The translations under genes were made by a program, and so were the position numbers. The notes beneath the pieces are model-generated. The model worked only from the letters and a program-made list of their open reading frames with translations, searched no databases and had not been told where the DNA came from. Positions 29,117 to 38,161 of a stretch of 64,000 nucleotides of DNA are shown here, piece by piece. Source of the stretch: Longimicrobiales bacterium (lineage in GTDB: Bacteria; Gemmatimonadota; Gemmatimonadetes; Longimicrobiales; Gaopeijiaceae). The first letter of the stretch is position 1. Every line of letters starts with the position of its first letter. The stretch is from NCBI GenBank assembly GCA_965219445.1, contig CBDCNQ010000003.1, positions 352,001 to 416,000 of the forward strand, given 5' to 3'.

Positions 29117-29244
29117 TGCAGAAGGTACAACATTGTGTCAAAGTGGCATGGGACAACGACTTACGTCGGTGTGTGAATGCCGAAATGGCGCCTCGCCCGA
29201 TCGGCGATCTGTCGCTTTGGCGCACGCCGTAACAACGTGGACGT

Positions 29245-30306
29245 ATGAGGAGAGAGAAGACGTTGGACGATCGTGTTGATGTTGGGGTGCTCGGCGCAAC
29301 GGGCGCTGTAGGCCAAAAGCTACTCCAGTTACTGGAGAGGCACCCTTGGTTCCGTCTGGGCGAAGTCTGTGGGTCCGCGGCCTCAGTGGGGAAAACCCTC
29401 GCCGACCGTCTAGGAGCTGGTGCGGACTGGCTTTCTTCAGAGACGGCGGGGCTCCGGCTGCAAGCTCCCGACGGCCCGTGGACCTCGTCCATCCTGCTGT
29501 CGGCATTGCCCTCGGGGCCAGCCCAGGAGCTGGAAGTCCAACTGGCGGAGGCCGGCCACCTGGTCGTCAGCAACGCCTCGGCGCATCGGATGGGCGAGCG
29601 AATTCCGCTCGTCATCCCCGAGGTCAACGGTGATCACCTCGGCCTCGTCGACTGCCAGCCTTGGAAAGGCGCTCTGGTTACGAACCCCAACTGCGCCGCC
29701 GTTGGCCTCGTTGTTGCGTTGGCTCCTCTCCATGAGACCTTCGGAATCGAGCGTGTGGTTACGACGTCGTTCCAGGCGATCTCCGGAGCCGGCTTTCCCG
29801 GTCCTCCCGCATCGAGCCTGGTGGACAACGTGATTCCCTTTATCGGCGGGGAGGAGCACAAGCTCACCTGTGAGCCGCAGAAGATACTCGGGACGCTCAC
29901 CCCCGAGGGGCTGGAACCCGCAGCCTTTCCGGTGAGCGCGTCCTGTACGCGGGTACCGGTTTTGGATGGCCATCTACTCGCCGTTTCGGTGGGCCTGGCC
30001 GGCCAGCCGTCGGTCGAGGACGTGACCACAGCCTTCGAGGAATACCGAGGTTCGGAGGCGTGCAGGGACCTCCCCAGCGCGCCCGAGCGCCCGCTAGAGG
30101 TCTTGGCAGGCGACGACCGTCCGCAGCCGCGCCTCGACCGCGACCTCGGGCAGGGAATGACTGTATCGGTCGGCCGTATCCGGCCGTGTGAGGTCTTGGA
30201 TACGAAGTTCTTCGTGCTGAGCCACAACCTCGTTCGCGGTGCGGCCGGGGCAGCGCTTCTTAACGCCGAACTCTGCCACGCCCAGGGGGTCCTCGGGAGC
30301 GGCTGA
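29245..30306 (+). CDS. asd: Aspartate-semialdehyde dehydrogenase
   Basis: GVLGATGAVGQ, SNASAHRM, PEVN, TNPNC, QAISGAG, HNLVRGAAG. Confidence 0.96.
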   Translation: MRREKTLDDRVDVGVLGATGAVGQKLLQLLERHPWFRLGEVCGSAASVGKTLADRLGAGADWLSSETAGLRLQAPDGPWTSSILLSALPSGPAQELEVQLAEAGHLVVSNASAHRMGERIPLVIPEVNGDHLGLVDCQPWKGALVTNPNCAAVGLVVALAPLHETFGIERVVTTSFQAISGAGFPGPPASSLVDNVIPFIGGEEHKLTCEPQKILGTLTPEGLEPAAFPVSASCTRVPVLDGHLLAVSVGLAGQPSVEDVTTAFEEYRGSEACRDLPSAPERPLEVLAGDDRPQPRLDRDLGQGMTVSVGRIRPCEVLDTKFFVLSHNLVRGAAGAALLNAELCHAQGVLGSG

Positions 30307-31808
30307 TGACGGATCGACCGCTTCTAACCGAGGTTTGTGCCACCACAGAGCCGGGAGATGCCGGGGATTCCGGCTCCCACGACGAGGTGGCGGTAACGAT
30401 GCCGCGTGTGCACAAGTTCGGTGGCACGTCCGTGGACGGAGCCGAAAGGCTCCAGGCCCTCGCAGCGATCATCGGTGATCAAGAGGACCACTCCGTAGTC
30501 GTCGTTTCCGCCATGGCCGGCGTCAGCAACGAGCTGAGCCGTCTGGTGGACGCTGCGACGACCGATGACCACACGGATAAGGGAACGGATTCCGAGACGG
30601 CGCTGGCCACCTTGAAGAAGAGGCACCTGAGTGCCCTGGAGACACTCGTGAAGGAAGAGGCCGTCCGGGCCCCCGTGGCGGCACGCCTATATGAGATCTT
30701 CGAAGGTGCCACTCAACTTTTCGCCGATGGGCCGGGTGGGGAAGCCGAACGTTTCGGGGATCAGGTCATGGCCCTCGGGGAGGATCTGGCAGTCGAGCTG
30801 ACCGTGGCCGCCCTCGAGGCCGAAGGAATTCCGGCCGCAGTCCTGAACGCTCGGGATATCGTTTGGACGAATTCCGACTTCGGTGCGGCCGTGCCGGACT
30901 TCGAATCCATCCGCAAGCTGGCCCCCAGCAACATCCTTCCCCTCGTCGAAGACGGTCGCATACCCGTGATTCAAGGCTTCATCGGAAGCGAGGCCGACGG
31001 CGCGACGACCACGCTCGGCCGGGGCGGATCCGACTTCACGGCAACCCTGCTGGGTGCGGCTCTGGGCTCCCCCGAGGTCGTTATTTGGACCGACGTGGAC
31101 GGCGTCCTCTCGGGAGACCCCGGCTTGGTCCGAGATTCTAGAGTGCTCTCGGATGTTGGGTCGGAGGAGGCCGTCGAGCTCTCCTATTTCGGTGCACGCG
31201 TCATTCACCCGGCTGCGGCCAAGCACGCCATCGCGAGCGACCTTCCGCTCCGGATCAAGAACTCGTATGCACCAGAGCGGCCGGGCACGTTGATCCACTC
31301 TGATCCGGGCGAGGCGGGGACCTTCGCGGCTGTGGCCCACAAGACGGACGTGACGCTCATCCGCGTGAGGGCGTTCCCAGCGGCGCTGGCATACGGCTTT
31401 CTGGCGCGGGTCTTCGGTGTTCTGGGGCGTCACGGAGTGCCCGTCGATCTGGTGTCCACGTCTCATAGCAGTACCGCGTTTACCGTTGACCGTGACGAGG
31501 ATCTCAGCGCGGTCCGCCGTGCACTGTCGGTCTTCTCGGAGGTGGATGTGTTGAGGGACGTAGCCACGGTAACGGTGGTCGGGCGAGGTCTGCTCAGAGA
31601 GCCCGGGATGGACGCCCTCGTCTTCTGGGCAGTAGAGAAGACCCCGGTCTATCTGATTTCCCAGGCTTCTGACGTCAGCATCAGCTTTGTGGTCGACGAT
31701 GCAGAAGCTCCGGAGCTTGTGCGCAGACTCCATCTCTCCCTCATCGAGTTGAAGGAAGGGGGACGGGAAGGAGAACCGTCGAAGGAGCAGAAAGGGGATC
31801 GGCGATGA
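30306..31808 (+). CDS. lysC: Aspartate kinase
   Basis: HKFGGTSV, VVVSAMAG, TTLGRGGSDFTA, WTDVDG, C-terminal ACT domains; start may be ~30399. Confidence 0.95.
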   Translation: MTDRPLLTEVCATTEPGDAGDSGSHDEVAVTMPRVHKFGGTSVDGAERLQALAAIIGDQEDHSVVVVSAMAGVSNELSRLVDAATTDDHTDKGTDSETALATLKKRHLSALETLVKEEAVRAPVAARLYEIFEGATQLFADGPGGEAERFGDQVMALGEDLAVELTVAALEAEGIPAAVLNARDIVWTNSDFGAAVPDFESIRKLAPSNILPLVEDGRIPVIQGFIGSEADGATTTLGRGGSDFTATLLGAALGSPEVVIWTDVDGVLSGDPGLVRDSRVLSDVGSEEAVELSYFGARVIHPAAAKHAIASDLPLRIKNSYAPERPGTLIHSDPGEAGTFAAVAHKTDVTLIRVRAFPAALAYGFLARVFGVLGRHGVPVDLVSTSHSSTAFTVDRDEDLSAVRRALSVFSEVDVLRDVATVTVVGRGLLREPGMDALVFWAVEKTPVYLISQASDVSISFVVDDAEAPELVRRLHLSLIELKEGGREGEPSKEQKGDRR

Positions 31809-32557
31809 AGCTGGCGCTCGTGGGATACGGCAAGATGGGGCACGCCGTCGAGGAGATGGCGATGGAAAGCGGCCACGAGGTGGTCGCTAGGATCGATCCC
31901 ACCTTGGACACAGGCGACATCGACGCCGAAACGTTGGGAGGTGCCGACGTGGCCATCGAGTTCACAGTGCAGGGGGTCGCCGTGGACAATATCACTGCAC
32001 TCGCGGCGGCCGGCGTCGATGCGGTGGTGGGGACGACGGGATGGCATGAACGCCTGGACGAAGCGACCGCAGCCGTAAACGGCGCCGGAACCGGGATGGT
32101 TCACGCCGCCAATTTCTCACTCGGCGTGAATCTTTTCTTTCGCTTAGCCCGAGCGGCCGCCAAAATGGCCGACGCGCTGAGCGAGTACGACGTCCACATC
32201 CGTGAAGCCCACCATCGGCATAAGGTTGACCATCCGAGTGGAACGGCTATCACGCTCGCGGATATTCTGATCGAGGAGTTGGCGCGGAAGGAGAGTTGGT
32301 CGGCCACCCTACCCGATGGTGGACCGCATCCCCAGGTTCTTTATGTGGCCAGTGAGCGGGTCGGGGAAACGGCGGGATCGCACGTCCTCGGATTGGAGGG
32401 GCCCGACGATCGGATCGAACTACGCCACGAGGCCCGGACCCGAGCGGGGTTCGCGAGGGGCGCGATCGCGGCGGCCGAGTGGATTCGGGGAAGGTCGGGC
32501 GTGTTTACTTTGGACGATATGCTAGCCGAAACGTTCACATCTTCATCAAGCCTCTAG
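31805..32557 (+). CDS. dapB: 4-hydroxy-tetrahydrodipicolinate reductase
   Basis: GYGKMG, VGTTG, ANFSLGVN, EAHHRHKVDHPSGTA. Confidence 0.96.
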   Translation: MKLALVGYGKMGHAVEEMAMESGHEVVARIDPTLDTGDIDAETLGGADVAIEFTVQGVAVDNITALAAAGVDAVVGTTGWHERLDEATAAVNGAGTGMVHAANFSLGVNLFFRLARAAAKMADALSEYDVHIREAHHRHKVDHPSGTAITLADILIEELARKESWSATLPDGGPHPQVLYVASERVGETAGSHVLGLEGPDDRIELRHEARTRAGFARGAIAAAEWIRGRSGVFTLDDMLAETFTSSSSL

Positions 32558-32568
32558 TCTGTTACAGC

Positions 32569-33474
32569 ATGGAAAACATACGGTTCTCAGGTACTGGCGT
32601 GGCCCTGGTCACACCCTTCCGCGGCGATGGCTCGATAGACGCGGAGGACCTCCGAAAGCACGTGGAGTTCCAGATTGAGAACGGTGTCCGGGTCATGGTC
32701 CCCTGCGGCACGACAGGGGAGGGCGCCACTCTATCGACCGACGAGCAACGACTCGTGATCGGCACCACCGTCGAGGCGGCCCAGGGGAGGGCACTGGTCC
32801 TCGCCGGAGCCGGCGGAAGCGATACGGCTGACGTCGTCCGTAAGGCTGGGGCGGCGCGCGAGGCGGGCGCGGACGGCATTCTTTCGGTCAGTCCGGCATA
32901 CAACAAGCCGACTCAGCGGGGACTCGTCGAGCACTATCGAGCGGTCGCGGGTGCCGTGGATTGTCCTGTGATCATCTACAACGTCCCGGGTCGTACGTCA
33001 TCGAACGTCCTGCCTGAAACCGTGCTCACTCTGGCGGAGATCGAGAATATCACGGGGGTGAAGGAGGCCTCCGGCGATGTCGATCAGGTCATGACGCTTA
33101 TCCGGGAACGCCCGGAGGGGTTCACCATACTTTCAGGCGATGACGCGCTCACGTTTCCGCTGCTCGCGGCAGGGGCCGACGGAGTCATCTCGGTCGTGGC
33201 GAACTTGGCTCCCACCTTGATGTCACAGATGGTAGACAAAGCGCTTGACGGCGACTACGAGGGAGCTCGGGAGTTGCACTACCAGCTGTTGCCCTTGATG
33301 CGTGCCGTCTTCGTCGAAACGAACCCGATCCCGGTCAAGGCCGCCCTTGAGATCATGGGGCATAGACAGGCCCACTTCCGCCTGCCGCTCGTTCGGCCCA
33401 CATCCGAAGTCGAGGCCTTCCTACGGAGTGTCCTCATCGACACGGGTCTGTTGGAAGCGCGGGTCGCCAAGTGA
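32569..33474 (+). CDS. dapA: 4-hydroxy-tetrahydrodipicolinate synthase
   Basis: ALVTPF, CGTTGE, YNKPTQ, YNVPGRT, GVKEASG, ETNPIPVK. Confidence 0.96.
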   Translation: MENIRFSGTGVALVTPFRGDGSIDAEDLRKHVEFQIENGVRVMVPCGTTGEGATLSTDEQRLVIGTTVEAAQGRALVLAGAGGSDTADVVRKAGAAREAGADGILSVSPAYNKPTQRGLVEHYRAVAGAVDCPVIIYNVPGRTSSNVLPETVLTLAEIENITGVKEASGDVDQVMTLIRERPEGFTILSGDDALTFPLLAAGADGVISVVANLAPTLMSQMVDKALDGDYEGARELHYQLLPLMRAVFVETNPIPVKAALEIMGHRQAHFRLPLVRPTSEVEAFLRSVLIDTGLLEARVAK

Positions 33475-34385
33475 CGCGAGCAGGGGTGCGTAGCCAATCT
33501 GCGACCGGCGGCGGCACAGGCGGCCAAGGAGCTCAAGGTGCCCAGGAAGATTTGGAGAAGCTCGAGGCTCGGATCCGTCGCTGCTCCCAGGAGGGGGAGG
33601 ACAAGGACCCCGATGAGACACGGACGGCCGTCACCGCGCTCATGGATGCCCTCACTCGGGGCGCGGTGCGCTCCGCGCGGAAGGTCGACGGTGAATGGCA
33701 GGCCGTCGAGTGGGTCAAGACCGGTATCCTGCTCGCGTTCCGTATTGGCCGGGTCCGGGAGTTTTCGGCCGCTCCAGCTCCTTTTTTCGACAAGGACACG
33801 TTGCCTCTGCGCGACACCCTGGGCGTCGAAGAGAACATCCGTCTGGTCCCCGGCGGCACCTCGATCCGGTCCGGTGCCTTCCTCGGCCAGAACGTGATCG
33901 TCATGCCCCCGGCGTTCGTGAACGTCGGAGCGTATGTGGGCGCAGGCACGATGATCGACTCCCACGCCCTGGTGGGATCGTGCGCTCAGGTGGGCGAGCG
34001 CGTGCATCTAAGCGCCGGGGCCCAGCTCGGTGGCGTCCTCGAGCCCATTGGGCTTCGCCCAGTAATCGTGGAGGACGACGTGCTCATTGGCGGTAACGTG
34101 GGAGTCTTCGAAGGAACTCTGGTAGGAGAGCGGGCCGTGTTGGCTCCCGGCGTCCAACTCACTTCATCGACGACAGTGTACGACCTTGTACACGATGCAA
34201 CCCACCGCGCCGCTCCCCGACGACCCCTCACCATCCCTGATGGGGCCGTCGTCGTGCCCGGTGCACGCGAGGCGTCAGGAGCGTTCGCCCGTGAGCACGG
34301 GATCCATCTATATGCCCCGATCATCGTGAAATACCGCGACGCCTCGACGGACGCTGCTACGGCGCTCGAAGAAGCGCTCCGCTGA
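33471..34385 (+). CDS. dapD: 2,3,4,5-tetrahydropyridine-2,6-dicarboxylate N-succinyltransferase
   Basis: FFDK, FVNVGAYVGAGTMIDS, VGSCAQVG, GGVLEP hexapeptide repeats. Confidence 0.95.
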   Translation: MTRAGVRSQSATGGGTGGQGAQGAQEDLEKLEARIRRCSQEGEDKDPDETRTAVTALMDALTRGAVRSARKVDGEWQAVEWVKTGILLAFRIGRVREFSAAPAPFFDKDTLPLRDTLGVEENIRLVPGGTSIRSGAFLGQNVIVMPPAFVNVGAYVGAGTMIDSHALVGSCAQVGERVHLSAGAQLGGVLEPIGLRPVIVEDDVLIGGNVGVFEGTLVGERAVLAPGVQLTSSTTVYDLVHDATHRAAPRRPLTIPDGAVVVPGAREASGAFAREHGIHLYAPIIVKYRDASTDAATALEEALR

Positions 34386-34413
34386 GTTGCTCGACCTCAC
34401 CCCCTAATCGACC

Positions 34414-35718
34414 ATGCGTAGAAACCTCCTCCACGTCGGCGCGGCAAACCTCAAGTACGAAATCCGCGAGATCGTAGTCGCGGCCCACGATCTCGAACGG
34501 TTCGGCCTCGAGCTTATGTGGGAGAACATCGGAGATCCGGTACAGAAAGGAGAAATCCCTCCGCAGTGGATCCGTGACACGATTACGGACCTCGTGCAGG
34601 AGGCTCCGTCCTGGGCCTACTGCGACACGCAGGGCGTGCCCGAGTCGCGTGAATTCGTCGCGGAGGAGGTCAACCGACGAGACGGGGTCCGTGTTTCTCC
34701 GGACGATATCATGTTCTTCAACGGCCTCGGCGACGCCGTGGCAAAGGTGTACGGCTTCCTCAACCGGGAGGCCCGCATTCTGGGTCCCTCGCCGGCGTAC
34801 AGCACACACTCTTCGGCCGAGGCCGCGCACTCCGGGTACAGCCACGTCACGTACGACCTAGACCCCCACAACGGGTGGATGCCAGACGTCGACGACATCC
34901 GGAGCAAGGTCCATTACAACGATTCCATTGCCGGCATTCTACTGCTCACGCCGGACAACCCGACGGGGGCGGTCTACCCTCGCGAGATCGTGGAGGAAAT
35001 CGCGGCCATCGCCCATGAGAACGAGATCTTTTTGATCGCGGACGAGATCTATGCCAACATCGTGTACAATGGCACGGGCCGCCTAAACATGAGCGAGTGG
35101 ATCGGAGACGTTCCCGGACTCGCGATGCGGGGAATCAGCAAGGAGTTTCCGTGGCCGGGTGCGCGTTGCGGGTGGTTGGAGATCCTCAACAAGGGCAAGG
35201 ACGGCAACTTCGCTCAGTACGTGGACAGCCTGCTCGCCGCGAAGCGCTTGGAAGTGTCTTCTACAACGCTTCCTCAGATGGCGATTCCTCGGATCATGGG
35301 AGACCCACGCTATCCTGAACATCTCGACTCGCGGGAGAAAAAATTCTCCGAGAGGGCTGACGAGATGGCCGACGCGTTCGCTGATTGCGAGCACATCATC
35401 GTGAACAAGCCTGGAGGCGCCTTCTATTACACGGTCATGTTCAAAGACGGGCTCCTCGACAACAGCCAGTCTCTTCCCATCGAAAATCCGAAGATAAGAG
35501 AGACCATCGAGCGGATGACGCGGGGCGTCGAGCCCGACAAGCGCTTCGTCTCCTACCTGATGGGCGCCACCGGCATCGTGGTGGTCCCCCTCACGGGCTT
35601 TCAGTGCGCACACCACGGATTCCGCGCCACGCTCCTCGAAAGCGATGACGACAAGCGGGCGTGGATTCTAAAGTCGCTTCGCGACGCGATCGATCAATAT
35701 GTGGCCAGCTCAGGGTAA
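34414..35718 (+). CDS. PLP-dependent class I/II aminotransferase (AlaA-like)
   Basis: YEIR, ENIGDP, PDNPTGAVY, DEIY, SKEFPWPGARCGW. Confidence 0.88.
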   Translation: MRRNLLHVGAANLKYEIREIVVAAHDLERFGLELMWENIGDPVQKGEIPPQWIRDTITDLVQEAPSWAYCDTQGVPESREFVAEEVNRRDGVRVSPDDIMFFNGLGDAVAKVYGFLNREARILGPSPAYSTHSSAEAAHSGYSHVTYDLDPHNGWMPDVDDIRSKVHYNDSIAGILLLTPDNPTGAVYPREIVEEIAAIAHENEIFLIADEIYANIVYNGTGRLNMSEWIGDVPGLAMRGISKEFPWPGARCGWLEILNKGKDGNFAQYVDSLLAAKRLEVSSTTLPQMAIPRIMGDPRYPEHLDSREKKFSERADEMADAFADCEHIIVNKPGGAFYYTVMFKDGLLDNSQSLPIENPKIRETIERMTRGVEPDKRFVSYLMGATGIVVVPLTGFQCAHHGFRATLLESDDDKRAWILKSLRDAIDQYVASSG

Positions 35719-35736
35719 GCGCATCATGTGGCCAGC

Positions 35737-36639
35737 TCAGGGTAGGTCCATCGCCAGCGAGCAGGCTCCCCTCGCCCCGTCCAGAGCACGATCTTGAAGC
35801 CGACAGGGCAGTCCTTCGATCGCCCGGATCAAACGGGACCGAAGGGGCCCGTCCTCCTCGATCAGCCCACCTGCGAGGGCAACCTCAGGGGTGGCGGGCC
35901 CGGGTTCGAGACGCCGCATAAGAGTCCGGACATGCTCGACGAGTTCGTCCACAGCCTTGTCGATGACCCTCGTGGCGGCTCGGTCCCCAGCCTCCGCCAC
36001 CTCGCAGATCAAGGGGACCAGAGAAGCCACGTCGGCCTTCCGCGCCGTTGCCATCCATTTGATCAAGTCTGGGGGACGCCCCACCCCTAACACCTTGAGG
36101 ACCGGATCGCGAAGATCGGTGGAAACCCCACGGCCGTCCTCGCCTCGAGCGAGAGCGCGGAGGGCGGACATCCCGATCCGATATCCGCTTCCCTCATCCC
36201 CCAAGTGCGCGCCCCACCCCCCGACTCGAACCCTGGAGCCATCCAGTCTCCTGCCCAGAGCGATGGATCCCGTCCCTGAGATCAGCAAGATCCCCGGTCC
36301 GGACGGGAACGCGTCGTGAAAGGTCGCCTCGGCGTCGGCGCCGACCGCCGTACGCGAGGACAGCCCCGCGTCCCGAAGCGCCTCCTCCACAACACCCATT
36401 GTGGGCTCGGTACCTGCCCCCGCGATTCCGGCCCAGAGGCCAGCCACCGGCAGATCCGCTCCGCCTCTTAACGCAACCTCACGGCAAAGATCCGCGATCA
36501 CACCAATGGTCGCATTCGGGTTCCCTGGATCCACCAGCGTGGGGGGACCTTCGACACGTGCGCATTCCCGGCCTGTTCCGTCGACAAGCGCCACCCGGGT
36601 GCGAGTTCCTCCCCCATCGACACCCAAGAAGAAACTCAC
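35737..36639 (-). CDS. BadF/BadG/BcrA/BcrD-family N-acetylglucosamine/N-acetylmuramic acid kinase
   Basis: LGVDGGGTRT, ISGTGSI, GGWGAHLGDEGSGY; GTG at 36639. Confidence 0.88.
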   Translation of the reverse strand: MSFFLGVDGGGTRTRVALVDGTGRECARVEGPPTLVDPGNPNATIGVIADLCREVALRGGADLPVAGLWAGIAGAGTEPTMGVVEEALRDAGLSSRTAVGADAEATFHDAFPSGPGILLISGTGSIALGRRLDGSRVRVGGWGAHLGDEGSGYRIGMSALRALARGEDGRGVSTDLRDPVLKVLGVGRPPDLIKWMATARKADVASLVPLICEVAEAGDRAATRVIDKAVDELVEHVRTLMRRLEPGPATPEVALAGGLIEEDGPLRSRLIRAIEGLPCRLQDRALDGARGACSLAMDLP

Positions 36640-36646
36640 GGCACGT

Positions 36647-38119
36647 TCAAGGTGACGGGGAGGTGCCGGAGAGGCCTGATCTGTGAGGGGTCGAGCCCTG
36701 CCCCAGCACCCAACCCACGGCGGCGGTGACGGCCGTGCCGATCGGCACGAACCAGGGCCACGCCACGTCCGCACGGGCAAACACCCAAATGGCAGTGACG
36801 ACGCCGATGCCCGCGATCATCCCTACGATGGCACTGCTTTGGTCGGCCCTCCGTGAACGAACTGCCAAAATGAACGTCCCCAGCAGGCCCCCGTACACCA
36901 TGGAAGCGATGGCGAGCGCCACCTCAACGGCGGTGTTCCCCGCGCTCAGCGGGATGAACAACACGCCCCCACCCACGAGAAGCGTGGCCCAGACGAGGGT
37001 GAATAGCTTCCCCGCTCGAAGCGTACGGGCTTCATCGCCCTCGGCCCCGGTCAAGGGAGCCCAAAAATCGTACGCCGTCGCCGATGCGAGGGAGTTGATC
37101 GAAGAAGAGAGAGACGACATCGCGGCGGCGAAGACCCCCGCGACGAGAAGCCCGCTGATCCCCCGAGGGAGCTCCTCCACCACGAACCGTGCGAAAATCT
37201 CGTCGCTGGTGCCGAACGTCCTGCCTTCATAATACGCCCACAGCCCGACGCCGACGAGCAAGAACAGCAGAAACTGACCGATCACCACGACGCCACTTCC
37301 CACGAGCGCCTTCTTGCTGGCCGAAAGATCCCTACAGGTGAGGAGCCGTTGGACGATGAGTTGATCGGTCCCATGCGACGCCATCGTTAGGAAGCCACCC
37401 CCCAGAACGCCGGCCCAGAGTGTATACGGAATGGCGAAGTCGAGTGACAGCTCCACGACGGCCAACTTGCCCGCCTCACCCGCGCTACTCAGAATGCCCG
37501 CCCAACCTTCCGGCGTGAGTACCTGAAGCGCAGCGATCGCCACGAGGGCGCCCAGGAGGTACAAGCCCATCTGTAAAGCATCGACCCAAACGACCGCCTT
37601 GATTCCCCCGAAATAGGTGTACACCAGGGTCATCGCCCCGATCACGACGATCGACACCGGATAATCCCACCCCGTGACCAGGGCTAGGGGGATCGCGGTG
37701 GCAAACAGCCTTACCGAATCCGCCAGCAACCGCGTGACCATGAAAACGGCCGACGCGAACCGTCGAGCCCCTTGCCCAAATCGTCGTTCAAGAAGGGCGT
37801 AGGCCGTGCTCAACTCGCCGCGGTAATACGCCGGCAAAAGGAACACCGACACGACCACCCGGCCAGCCAAATACCCGAATGTCAATTGGAGAAAACCGAG
37901 CGTGCCCAGGTAAGAGACACCAGGGATGCTCAAGAAAGTGAGGGTACTCGTCTCGGTAGCGACCACCGACAGCATCACCGCCACCCACGGAAGCTCCCGG
38001 TTCCCGAGGAAGTAGTCCTGCCCGCCGGTCTGCCCACGTCCCAGCCACGCTCCCCACGCCGTGACCCCCAGGAGGTAGACAAAGAGTACGCCGAAGTCGA
38101 GCGGGGTAAAAGCGTTCAG
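36647..38119 (-). CDS. Sodium:solute symporter (probable amino-sugar/muropeptide uptake)
   Basis: DYFLGNR, SVVATETSTLTFL, GTDQLIVQRLL, AAAMSSLSSSINSL; frame open upstream of 37984 to a CTG at 38119. Confidence 0.88.
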   Translation of the reverse strand: MNAFTPLDFGVLFVYLLGVTAWGAWLGRGQTGGQDYFLGNRELPWVAVMLSVVATETSTLTFLSIPGVSYLGTLGFLQLTFGYLAGRVVVSVFLLPAYYRGELSTAYALLERRFGQGARRFASAVFMVTRLLADSVRLFATAIPLALVTGWDYPVSIVVIGAMTLVYTYFGGIKAVVWVDALQMGLYLLGALVAIAALQVLTPEGWAGILSSAGEAGKLAVVELSLDFAIPYTLWAGVLGGGFLTMASHGTDQLIVQRLLTCRDLSASKKALVGSGVVVIGQFLLFLLVGVGLWAYYEGRTFGTSDEIFARFVVEELPRGISGLLVAGVFAAAMSSLSSSINSLASATAYDFWAPLTGAEGDEARTLRAGKLFTLVWATLLVGGGVLFIPLSAGNTAVEVALAIASMVYGGLLGTFILAVRSRRADQSSAIVGMIAGIGVVTAIWVFARADVAWPWFVPIGTAVTAAVGWVLGQGSTPHRSGLSGTSPSP

Positions 38120-38161
38120 GCGCCCCCCCAGGGGCTCGAGGGGTCAGGACATCCGGTGGGC

